A stretch of 64,000 bases of DNA from an uncultured Methanosarcinaceae archaeon (GTDB taxonomy: Archaea; Halobacteriota; Methanosarcinia; Methanosarcinales; Methanosarcinaceae): positions 1-64,000 of the forward strand of contig CAWHXP010000008.1 of the NCBI GenBank assembly GCA_963833425.1, read 5' to 3'. Under the pieces are notes generated by a model. The model worked only from the letters and a program-made list of their open reading frames with translations. It did not search any database and was not told the origin of the DNA. A program made the translations under genes and the position numbers. This document shows positions 12,009 through 22,396 of the stretch, piece after piece; positions within the stretch are counted from its first letter, which is position 1, and every line of letters begins with the position of its first letter.

Positions 12009-12394
12009 TTCTTTTATTTTGAAATATGATAGATTTTTCTTCTATCATTAAGATTTACGTGCTTGAGAAGCAAAATAGATGATGAATAGGCATGTCACAA
12101 ATATTGTAATTCCGGCAGTTTTAGGTTTAAAGTTTATTGATTTTAGGATCTACGCAGTTCAATTGTCTTAATAATGAATCCGACCAAAACATCTATTTTG
12201 CTTGATTTCGATCCTTAAGTGTAAGTTATATATTTCTTAGTTCGATAGCGCATTTCCTACTATATTTGACAGTGTTTTATAGAGAAGCTATATGAACTGT
12301 GAATGTCAAAATTCAATGAAAATCTGAATAGGAACATAATAATATATTCCAGCACCGGAATTTGAGGTATTTTAGTTCATGTGGATCTGGAACG

Positions 12395-12600
12395 ATGGGG
12401 AAAGTGTATCCAGTAATTGATTACAACATATGTAGGGGACCCTGTCTGCTATGAAGTTTGCCCTGCAGAAGTTTTCGATATGAAGAAATTGATAAGGTAA
12501 AAAGACAGTTTTGTAGCCCATCCTTAAAATTGCATAGAACGCGAGCATTGTGTTTAAGCTTGTACTAAAAATGTGATCGAACTTATTAAAAGCCAAATAC
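12395..12600 (+). pseudogene. Decayed 4Fe-4S ferredoxin paralog
   Basis: MGKVYPVIDYNIC..., CYEVCPAEVFD, VAHP*NCIEREHCV*ACTKNVIELI align with the adjacent intact ferredoxin. Confidence 0.75.
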
Positions 12601-12612
12601 AAATTCTAAAAA

Positions 12613-12819
12613 GTGGTGAAAATAGTGCATCCGAAAATTGATTATAATAAATGTGTAGGTTTACTTGAATGCTATGATGTCTGCCCTGCGGGTGTGTTTG
12701 ATGTAGAAGAGAAAACCGAAGGAAAAAGAGCATTAGTAGCGCGTCCTGAAGACTGTACAGAGTGTGAGCAGTGCGTAGAGGTCTGTTCTACAAACGCAAT
12801 AGAGCTCGTAGAGGATTAA
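12613..12819 (+). CDS. 4Fe-4S dicluster-type ferredoxin
   Basis: CVGLLECYDVCP (second Cys replaced) and CTECEQCVEVCS. Confidence 0.9.
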   Translation: MVKIVHPKIDYNKCVGLLECYDVCPAGVFDVEEKTEGKRALVARPEDCTECEQCVEVCSTNAIELVED

Positions 12820-13087
12820 GAGATTATTCAGATGGTAGTAAAGACAGAAGTTTTGTCAGTATAACTATTGGGTCAGCACCCGACTGTTTAATAAAACAAT
12901 ATTAATATTAAATAGTTGTCCAATATTAAAATATTCTATGGGGAAAGATGTTTTATTCAGAAACTATTTTTTTAATAATTAATTTAAAATAACTAACAAA
13001 CTCAGTAAGCATTGTAGTTCATCGAAATTTTTTGATGGCCTAGAATACAATACAAAAAGTAGGCAAAAAATATTAGAGGTAAACAAA

Positions 13088-13320
13088 ATGCAAAATCTAG
13101 GTAAGATTCATGATTGGTCTCAAGTCAACAGCGACTACTGTGCAAAGAGAAGCGCTCAGAACTACATAGCAAGTCCCCTGCAAGAAAAGGAAAACGTAGA
13201 GGCTGCCGGTGCTTGCAGCCCGTGTGCGTGAGTGCAGGATCTAAGAACGGTGCAATTGAGGATCAGAAGCTCGCGCCCAAACCATGTGCTTGCAGCTTCT
13301 CATGTGCAAGTGGTTATTAA
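13088..13320 (+). pseudogene. Cys-rich RiPP precursor peptide (ACGX-repeat-like), interrupted by a 1-nt frameshift
   Basis: GAGGT RBS then ATG 13088; 47 aa to TGA 13229-13231; the -1 frame continues SAGSKNG...PKPCACSFSCASGY*; lies directly upstream of a rSAM/SPASM gene. Confidence 0.7.
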
Positions 13321-13400
13321 ACAATCACAGTAGATGTCTTTGGCTCTGAACACGATGTATGGAGCTGGAGTTATCTTATTTTATCGAATGGGAAAAATAT

Positions 13401-14429
13401 ATGGAACAATATTTTGCTTTTCAATTACATATTACCGACCGTTGCGATCAGCGTTGCAAACATTGTTACATTTTTTCAGAGAATAATAACGCTCTAGTCA
13501 AAGAACTGAGCTTTGAGCAGATCGAGGACATAGTTGATAACTGCATAGAGATGTGTCAAAAATTAAATCGCACCCCGTACTTTCATATTACAGGCGGTGA
13601 TCCAATTTTACATAAAGATTTTTTGGAAATCCTCAGACTGCTGAAATCGAGGAATATACCGTTCAGTATTTTAGGTAACCCATTCCATCTGAATGTTGAG
13701 ATCTGTAATAAACTGAAATATTTAGGTTGTGAGAGATACCAACTCTCCATCGACGGTCTTCGGAAAACTCATGACGCAATTCGCAAATCCGGTTCCTTCG
13801 ATACTACCATCGAAAAAATACGTTGTATCCGTGATGCTGATATCCGCTGTGCCATCATGACAACAGTTTCTAATACTAACATCCAGGAGATTCCCGATAT
13901 CATTGATCTTGTAGTGGAAAATCATGTTGACGTTTTTGCTTTTGCTCGCTATTGTCCTACTAGTTTTGAGAAAAGCACACACATTATGCCACTGGAATAT
14001 AAGGCACTGTTGGGAGTATGCTGGGAGAAATTCAAAGAATACAAAGACAGTAACACTACATTCAAGCTAAAAGATCACCTTTGGACGCTGTTTCTCTATG
14101 AAAAGGGGCTCTTCAATATTCCCGAAGGACTGGACGACGATATGATCTATGATGGATGTAACTGTGGTAACTGCCACCTAACCATCTTGCCAAATGGCGA
14201 CATATACGCCTGCCGTAGATTAGAAAGTGAAGTTGGCAACGTTTTCAAAACCCGTTTGTATGATGTGTTTCTCGCCAGCGAGATGGATAAATATAGAGAG
14301 TACAAAAAGTTTGAAAAATGTTCTAAGTGCGAACTGCTTCGCTTCTGCCGCGGTTGCCCTGCAGTAGCCTATGGTTATACTCATAATTATTACGCAACAG
14401 ACCCGCAATGCTGGAAAATTGTGATATGA
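13401..14429 (+). CDS. Radical SAM/SPASM peptide maturase, ACGX-system-like
   Basis: FQLHITDRCDQRCKHCY (CX3CX2C), TGGDP, SPASM CNCG...IYACRR...CSKC..LRFCRGCP...DPQCW; likely start MEQYF at 13401 (track start 13359). Confidence 0.9.
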   Translation: MEQYFAFQLHITDRCDQRCKHCYIFSENNNALVKELSFEQIEDIVDNCIEMCQKLNRTPYFHITGGDPILHKDFLEILRLLKSRNIPFSILGNPFHLNVEICNKLKYLGCERYQLSIDGLRKTHDAIRKSGSFDTTIEKIRCIRDADIRCAIMTTVSNTNIQEIPDIIDLVVENHVDVFAFARYCPTSFEKSTHIMPLEYKALLGVCWEKFKEYKDSNTTFKLKDHLWTLFLYEKGLFNIPEGLDDDMIYDGCNCGNCHLTILPNGDIYACRRLESEVGNVFKTRLYDVFLASEMDKYREYKKFEKCSKCELLRFCRGCPAVAYGYTHNYYATDPQCWKIVI

Positions 14430-14689
14430 TGATACTTGTTGTTCTCGCAAAAATCGGTGCCAGAATTATTTTTCAGCGGATTTGAGAAATGCACAGTTTT
14501 TGTGGTTAAATCTATGCATCAACGAAACCAAAAAAATCCTATTTTGTAATGAAAGAAAAGGATGGAGAACAGTCATTTTGACAGAACCTTCGATATACTG
14601 TCAAAATATTGAACCAATAAATAATAAATATAATGCAGCGTAGTATTACAAAAGAAGGATGGTTACTAATTGTTGATTTTGGTGGTATC

Positions 14690-15286
14690 ATGAACCGGGT
14701 GGAACATTATGGGGATGTTGTAGGGTGTTTTAATAGCACGGAAAAAGAAAAATTCGCATTTTATGCTTTTCTTTTGTATACTTCGAAAGATGGGGAAATT
14801 ACAAATTATGTTAAGAACTACCGTGAAGAATTCAGTCAATTATCTGAGAAGGATTGTTTAATTTTTTATCACGATAGAAGTTCAAAATCCGAAACATCAT
14901 CCAGCGGTGAAGCTTATAGAACTGCAAGGGCGATTGGTATTGAATTAAAGGAAATACCTTGTATAGTATTTTTCAAAAACATAAATGATGAAAGTGTTCT
15001 TATATATTGCCTGAATAAAAATTTATCAAAAAAAGATATTAAAACTGAATTAATAAACTTATTTGAAGCAATACAGAATTGTATCTCGCGTTACGATAGT
15101 AAAAATGATTTCGATAATAGAAACGATTTATATGATTGTCTCGCTAAGTACATTAGGGAAAATAATATTAAATATTTTTTGCCAAATTTGAAAGTAAAGA
15201 AATTATTAAGTAAAATTGGAAATCTTTTACCACTTCCATCCTTTTGTCTGCAGCTGAAGGAATCAATTTTCGGATCACACAATTGA
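14690..15286 (+). CDS. Hypothetical protein, possibly degenerate thioredoxin-like fold
   Basis: GGTGGT RBS before ATG 14690; ARAIGIELKEIPCIVFF resembles the thioredoxin cis-Pro strand. Confidence 0.65.
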   Translation: MNRVEHYGDVVGCFNSTEKEKFAFYAFLLYTSKDGEITNYVKNYREEFSQLSEKDCLIFYHDRSSKSETSSSGEAYRTARAIGIELKEIPCIVFFKNINDESVLIYCLNKNLSKKDIKTELINLFEAIQNCISRYDSKNDFDNRNDLYDCLAKYIRENNIKYFLPNLKVKKLLSKIGNLLPLPSFCLQLKESIFGSHN

Positions 15287-15636
15287 TCCAACTCTCATGA
15301 ATGCACAGTTTTTATAGCAAAACATCTGCGTTTTCCAATTTAGCGACCGCATGCATACAATTCTATATTTAGTTCTGGTGCCTTATGTTTACTAGGGCCT
15401 GCAGCATGAGTGCTTAAAACGCATTATTTCAGCGTGGAATTCTAATGTGTAGTTTTTTTCCTGGCTATAATCGCTATAGCTTTTAATTCTACAGAAAATT
15501 ATGCACACTGCTTTTTATTGCATTTTACTATTAAATTTCACAGGTTAATCGAGCCTTAATTTTAAATATGGAATACAAAATATATTACATTACTAATTCC
15601 GCGATTTATAGCTTAAATTCAGGACCATGAGGCTAC

Positions 15637-15969
15637 ATGATAGTAAATACCGCCATTAAATCAAGCGATAAAAAAACAAAAGATGCAGCATATTTCTCAA
15701 AAATTTTACGGCAGCATCTTCAGAAACTTATACAAGAGTATAATATTAGCTATCTGGGTATTTTTGGTTCTTACATTCGCGGTGAACAACAAGAGGATAG
15801 TGATCTTGATATTCTTGTGGAATTCTCTAAAGAACCTGATCTCTTAGAATTCATAGGTCTCAAGCAGGAGCTTTCAGAAATACTTGGCGTAGAAGTGGAT
15901 CTTGTCATGAAAAATGCGTTAAAATCGAGAATTGAGAAAAGGATTCTTGAAGAGGTCATGCAGGTATGA
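15637..15969 (+). CDS. Minimal nucleotidyltransferase (MNT) antitoxin
   Basis: FGSYIRGEQ..DSDLDILVEF, LG.EVDLV. Confidence 0.9.
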   Translation: MIVNTAIKSSDKKTKDAAYFSKILRQHLQKLIQEYNISYLGIFGSYIRGEQQEDSDLDILVEFSKEPDLLEFIGLKQELSEILGVEVDLVMKNALKSRIEKRILEEVMQV

Positions 15970-16316
15970 TCAAGCGTAACGTTGTAGATTATTTGCAGGA
16001 TATCTTTGAGACAATTAAAAGTTGTGAACGTTTTATTGCAGGAATGGATTTCGATCAGTTTGCTTCCGATGAAAAAACAATTTTTGCCGTAAACCATGCA
16101 CTTGAAATTATTGGGGAAGCAACGAAACATATTCCTGAAGAAATTAGAAAGGCGTATCCACTTGTTCCCTGGAGAAGAATGGCTGGAATTAGGGATGTTA
16201 TAATTCATGCTTACTTTGGTGTAAATTTGAATGTTGTCTGGAATACTGCAAATGAAAGATTACCTGAACTAAAAATGGCTATTGAAAAGATACTTGAAGA
16301 CAGAACCTTTGAATAA
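15966..16316 (+). CDS. HEPN/DUF86 (HepT-like) RNase toxin
   Basis: LEIIGEA, PWRRMAGIRDVIIHAYF (RX4HXY); ATGA overlap with MNT. Confidence 0.9.
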   Translation: MIKRNVVDYLQDIFETIKSCERFIAGMDFDQFASDEKTIFAVNHALEIIGEATKHIPEEIRKAYPLVPWRRMAGIRDVIIHAYFGVNLNVVWNTANERLPELKMAIEKILEDRTFE

Positions 16317-16882
16317 AGCTTTCTTTTAAAGAGATGAGAGATCTGACAGGATAGGCTTCTGTAGAACCTAATCATTCTTCTTTGGCGATTATTATGCCTA
16401 CAATAATGTTGATAAAAAGATAATAAAAAGCTAAAAAGGTCACCCAACACATGCTCAATTACAATACGATGGAATTTGGGTTAAGGGTCTTAATGTTGCA
16501 AAGATGAACTATTATGGAAATCAAACTTCATCGTGAATTGGAAAGGTTGATACTATTGGCGATGCACACCAACAGTATCTAATTTACTGTATGAGGATTT
16601 GTTTGTCTGTTCGACAAAACAATATTTGTTCTAATCCATTATAAACTTTTTTTATAAGTGATTACCCTTTTAGATACACAGGTTTAACATGATAATCTCT
16701 GCATAATATTTTCTCAGAAAGCAGTAAAAAAGCTCCTAAACTCTACGAAGCCTCGAGATAAGGAATTATATATTTGTTAACTATTCATCATATATATTCC
16801 TAAATTGCCACTTATTTCGGTAAATCTTCTTTTAATTTTTTGCAATGGAACCGGCGTGATATTTTCAGGAGCTTTGTTGCCT

Positions 16883-17332
16883 TCAACAATTATCAACAAA
16901 ATTCAATATATCTCGGGACATATCAAAATAATCACGTAATGGGATAGTAGATACCAGCTCTAAGAACGAGGGTGCTTCGCTATCATCAGTTCTGACAACT
17001 AAAACTTTCTTATTTTTAGCCATTGCATATCCAATGCTGTATATTACACTATCATCATTTTCCTTCATGAAAGCAATAAGAATATCACATATTTTTATAG
17101 TATCAATAAGAGCAATTCGGTTATCATATTCTATTCCCACATAGTTGGTATCATATATTTGTACTTTCGGATATATCTGTAATTTATGTAATGCACTTAT
17201 GTTATTGTCTTTTTTTTCAAAATCGTTGGTATCATATATTTGTATTCCATGTGATTCTAGTTCGTTTTTTAGTAACTGGATATAATCGCTTTCTTTTCCA
17301 TTTAGTGTATAATATAAAAAAACCGTCTTCAT
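16883..17332 (-). CDS. Nucleoside 2-deoxyribosyltransferase/TIR-like Rossmann-fold protein
   Basis: IKICDILIAFM...SVIYSIGYAMAKNKKVLVV; internal duplication QIYDTN x2. Confidence 0.55.
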   Translation of the reverse strand: MKTVFLYYTLNGKESDYIQLLKNELESHGIQIYDTNDFEKKDNNISALHKLQIYPKVQIYDTNYVGIEYDNRIALIDTIKICDILIAFMKENDDSVIYSIGYAMAKNKKVLVVRTDDSEAPSFLELVSTIPLRDYFDMSRDILNFVDNC

Positions 17333-17801
17333 TTTTTAAATCTATCCAAATAAATTTTCTTCTGTTAATATATAATAATATAGCTTTTATATGAACATAT
17401 TGTATTTTATTTTGACTGTTCTAAAATAAACACATGATTTAGTCTCCTCTGCTTGCATATGCCTGGAACCTTATTTATTAATGATCCGTGGGTTATTATC
17501 AAAAATAGAAGAATCAAAAAACACATAAGTAATGTGGAATGCTGAGCGAATGCAGTCAATATTTCACAATATTTAAGAAGCAGTGGTCAATGCTAAAGTG
17601 CAACTTTTTAATACACAGTTTTTGCTATAAAATATATGTATCAATTAGACATATTATCAATTTTATCATGTATATTTTGCAACGGAACCAAGTAAAAATG
17701 AACAAATTGATACGACATGTGAGTTGAACTGACTATATACTCTTTAAGTCTAGAAATCCAGGTTCAAGAAAACGATTTTATAGGCGGACTGTACCTCATT
17801 A

Positions 17802-18425
17802 TCATTTTCGTTGCACGATAATGCGCCAATCCCATATCCCATTTCTCTCAAATGAAAAATCTAAATTACTTTTTGATAAAGTATTTTTTATAACACTCAA
17901 ATCCGCATAATATTCTGTTTCAATTTCTTTTTTGATGTGATAATTTTCTAATTTAACTTGCTCTTCAAGCAAAAAATTTCGTTCAGAGTAATTTACAAAA
18001 GCGAAATCCACTATAATAAAAAGAAAATTCTGTCTTTTGCTTACAGTAAAAATGCTGTTTATCAAATCTGTTTTCTCTTTGTCATTAATATGATGAAGTG
18101 AATACGAACTCACAACTATATAATTATATTCATTGTCAAGATATATTTCCCATCTATCAAGACATCTGTAATCTGTTTTTACAAATATAGATTTTTGAGA
18201 TTTTTTTTGCAATCTTAAGCATTTTATTGCTAATATCTATTCCAACGTAATCGATTGATGGAACAATTCGCTGAAGCATCTCGACTAGTGTGCCAGTACC
18301 ACACCCTAGATCAATTACCCTAGTATACTGATTTTGATTAAGTATCTGATTGCATAACCAAATGATTCCGTCATTATAGTACTCGAATCCCCATTCAGCG
18401 GTAGCAATGCTACAATTATATGAAA
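17802..18425 (-). pseudogene. Class I SAM-dependent methyltransferase, frameshifted and apparently 5-prime truncated
   Basis: RVIDLGCGTG and YVGIDISNKML in one frame, SSYSLHHI in another; shift at the A-run near 18205. Confidence 0.8.
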
Positions 18426-19315
18426 AAACATTATATTTTATTTTAAATTAACTCTACAAAAAATAATTTCTGAATAAAAATTACTTCAACATAGAATATT
18501 TTGAAATTGAACAACAATTTAATATCAATCATATTATAATTGTAAATAAAAATATAAAGATATTCTTAAGCCTTTAAATCAGCTCATATTGCTACCTGGA
18601 TTAAGAGTCGTTTCTTCGTTTTTTCCAGAACTATTCAAACACTTTATAAAGGAGAGCTAGATGAATCTCTTCGAGCATTACTCAAAGAAAAAGACTCCAT
18701 TATTTTTGGAAAAGCAGAATAAATTTTTTTATGACAATATAATTGATCTAACTCTCATAAATGCACAGCTTTGTGTATAAAACCTATGTATTTTTCTACT
18801 TTTTCAGCCCAAATCATGGGATATTTTTACCTAATTGTGCAGGAAATACGTTGTTTTTTTTAAAATATATGCTGTATTAAAACGCCAAAAAGTTGCTGTA
18901 CCCATATTCTTCGTGTTTTACAAATACTAATTCAGATAGAAGCTATCTTTTTCATATTTACACATTCCAAAAATTAACATTAACCAAAGATTAGAAGATA
19001 GAAGACGATCAATTTTTCAGATCAATTATTATTTCTAAAATAGTTATGACCTACATGAAAAAGCAAAATAAGATTAATCGAATATTATATAGACTTCTTT
19101 TGTGGGAAATAGCTTCTTGGATAAATTATATAAAGTGCAAACTCACTATTAATTTATATAAAGTTTATGTTTTTCAAAATATCACTATCTATCTAACGTA
19201 TACTGTACTTTCGCTAAACTCTGACTTCTTAAAAGCAGATTGAAGGATACGTACCACGGGAACTACTGTCATATAATTTTCATATATTATAATATCAGAA
19301 AAAGGGTTGAAATAA

Positions 19316-19918
19316 ATGATTAATAAACAAAGATTGTTTTCGGTAGCCTTAGTTTCAACAGCTATTATTCTAGGGTTAGTAAGTATCGTATGTCAGGGAC
19401 AGACGACTCCTACAATTACCTGGAATAATCCTGCTGATATAGTCTATGGTACACCATTGAGCAGTACTTAACTAAATGCAACTGCATCAAATACAATAAC
19501 TGGAGCCACATTACCCGGAATTTTTGTCTACACTCCGCCATCATAAACTGTATTAAGCACGGGTATGCATACATTAAATGTTTTTTTCACACCAACTGAT
19601 AATAAAAAATATACTAATGCATCAGCGAGTGTTCAAATCACCGTCTTGACTCCTGTACAGAAAATCCAGGAAATGATTACTTTTATCCAAGGTTTAGTCA
19701 ATTCAGGTAAACTGAATAATGGACAAGCTAATTCACTAATCGTTAAACTTAACGCTGCGAAGAAAAATATAGATCATAAAAGTACACAAGCAGCGACTAA
19801 TAAACTTAATGCTTTCATTAACGAAGTAAATGCTGACATAAAAACTGGCAAACTTTCTTCAACAGATGGACAGACACTGATTGATGAAGCGAATGCGGTG
19901 ATTAATGCAATTAAATAA
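19316..19918 (+). pseudogene. Secreted protein with Ig-like (TPTITW..PA.I.YGT.L) and FIMAH-like domains, two in-frame TAA stops
   Basis: Signal peptide from ATG 19316, in frame with 19565; GQANSLIVKL...NKLNAFINEV.A...GKLS...GQTLID.A. Confidence 0.75.
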
Positions 19919-20049
19919 CTGGAAACTTTTAAGAATACATAATAAATATTAAAAAATAGCTAAAGTTTTGGAGATCAACAACCCAATTATATTTTAAAAT
20001 ACATATAAATAGATAATGCCTACAAGTTATTGCTCAACGCTAAAATTTC

Positions 20050-21052
20050 GGCTCTGTAGAAATCCTCAATTTGATGCCAATTACCTCTACAACCTTTTTT
20101 ATCTATGTTGTATATTATTAATTTAATTTTAATCTCTTTCACTTGATAACGGAATTTCTTTGCCCTTAGTGTTTCTCCTAATTTTCTTTTAACTACAGAA
20201 AATATTGTCTCCACGATATTTCTTTGATTATATTTAATTCTGTCAAAGACCAGATTCAACTGTTTTCTATATTTCCTCTTATTTTCTTTCTTTTTCTCTC
20301 TCTTACAGGTATAATTGAATCTGCTTTGATTTCTTCTCTAATTATAGAATGTATTTTTTCTGAATCGTATCCTTTATCCATTACATAACAATCAGACTTT
20401 CTCATCTTATTTGATTGCCTTATCAGAGCATTTGCATGTTTGATTTCATGGTCTGTTTTTTGACTAATTTTCCATCCCAATATTATCTTTTTACTTGTGT
20501 CCACTGACATTGAAGTTCTCAGGAAGCTTCGAAAAAGCTTCCCTGTTTTTCTGGAATAATAACAACTTGCATATGAACTCGTAAATCCTGTTGCATCAAT
20601 CGTTGCAACAGAGACATTTTCTCCATATGAGTAAAACAGCTTTAGAATCCTTGGCAGAAGAAGGTTAAACAGAGAGGAGGGAATCCTAGTTACAAACTTT
20701 TGAAGGGTAGTGAAATGTGGAATTTTATCAAGAGCAAGTTTTTCTTTTATATCGCTCATAAGGTCAATAAGTTCTACAAAATCTCGATAGTCTATACTAA
20801 TATACTCTTTCAATAAAACCAGTGAAAGAAGCTGATGCTGAGTATAAACGTGTTTTGAATACTTGCAGGAATAAAGCTTCAGTCTCGAAGACTGAACAGT
20901 TTCAAGACTAGTATCAACAAATTTAATGTACTTATTAAACTTCAATATTGAATGTTCCTTCATTTTTAGCGAAAAAAATAAGAAGAATATTATAACTTAA
21001 TAGTTATAATACTATGGTGTAAAAGTTCAATTTAGAGCATTTCTACAGAGCC
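20050..21052 (-). mobile_element. IS5-family insertion sequence with frameshifted transposase
   Basis: TIR GGCTCTGTAGAAAT at both ends; 8-bp direct repeat AAAATTTC (20042-20049 and 21053-21060); DDE motifs IDATG, MDKGYD, Y.QRN.VET.FS..KR. Confidence 0.92.
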
Positions 21053-21619
21053 AAAATTTCCTATTCTTTTTTAACTAAATCATTCCATCAGTGCGGGAAT
21101 ATGCATATTTTCATCGATTTATCACGGTAAATTAAAAAAATTATTAGAAACTCATAGGTAAAATTGAAAAATTCACTTGATATCTATTTTTGTTTGCCAC
21201 AAAAATAGGATTTATCGTTTTTTACTGATTCAATGTCTTATAGCAAAATCTATATATCAATTAAACAGTAGAAACATGACTTTGCAGCATAACCATCAGC
21301 TTTAAATCCTGCTTTTTTGTTAAGAAATACATTTGAAAGCTTACCTTGAAATGTTCAGCGGTTTTGCTTCCAATATCTCTTTTCATTTCTCACCAATATG
21401 ATCCATCTCCAGTCTAGCGATTCATCAGTTTTTTTAGGTGGTCTGTATGTTGATATAGGGGATTTTGTTGCTACAATTGATTGTGTTTCAAGGGGTTGTA
21501 CTTGTTCTACAACCGGTAGTGCTAAAGTAGTTGTTTTTCCAATAAGGGCACGTAAATCCAGTCTCATAGAGTAGCAAGATTATACACCTATTTTTATAGT
21601 CAGAATATAAGCACCGCTG

Positions 21620-21825
21620 TAGTAGTGGTCATGGTACTGACGATAAAGGTGGTCATGGTAACCGAGATGAGACCATGGTGGATTTGGCCATGTGATCATG
21701 GTGACTATGGATATCATGATTGTAATGGCAGCAGTGGTTACTGGGCTGGTTATGGCAGCTACTAAGGTGCGGATGGGTGAATGGTGGATGGGTTTGCCCC
21801 GAAAACGGCTACCCGTATATCTGAA
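21620..21825 (+). pseudogene. Decayed Gly/His-rich low-complexity ORF
   Basis: Recurring GGTCATGGT (GHG) codon pattern broken by stops and frameshifts. Confidence 0.35.
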
Positions 21826-22396
21826 TATGAAAATATGCCACATGGTCATGTGGTAATAGCATTTCAATGAAAACAAAAACTGCAGAAGATACAATGGTAA
21901 AGAAGGTATGTGTAGCAACTTTATACTGGAATACGAATTGAAGCAATCACTGTATGTATCTAAAATTATTTCCTATTCGTATTTAAAGTTAAGATTGCTC
22001 ATTTATAACCACAAAAGTTGATTTAATTTTAAGACGCCCTTATTTAAAAGAGCACTCTCATTATTGATCCTTAAAATTCCGCGACTTTTTGACTCCACAA
22101 GGATGCCCTAATCACAAAAATAGTTGTATTTTAGAATTTTTTTGAAAGTAGCGTATATATATTTTCCCAATTTTTAATATTTAAAAAATCATTTATGTTT
22201 TACAGTATTAATTTTTATCCAAGTTATGCGGTGTTTTTGCTAAATTTTGATATTTTGATCAAAAATTAATCAATGTATAAGTAACACACAAATTTTATAG
22301 TAAAAAGTTTCTTCCTTTAGCAATTTCCAGACAAACTATGAGTGTCGGCATATTTGTGACTCTCTCATTTCAGAGTTAATAAATTGGAGATTCTTT

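Noticed and set aside
13229..13231. TGA as selenocysteine in the precursor
   Set aside because: In-frame readthrough gives VQDLRTV... without Cys motifs; the repeat continues in the -1 frame, and Methanosarcina are not known to use Sec
13114..13320. Track ORF of 68 aa as the precursor peptide
   Set aside because: TTG start without RBS; the RBS-supported ATG is 13088 in another frame, so only the 3-prime part is likely coding
21355..21918. Minus-strand ORFs of 70 and 112 aa
   Set aside because: No recognisable motifs; the larger is the antisense of a decayed Gly/His-rich tract
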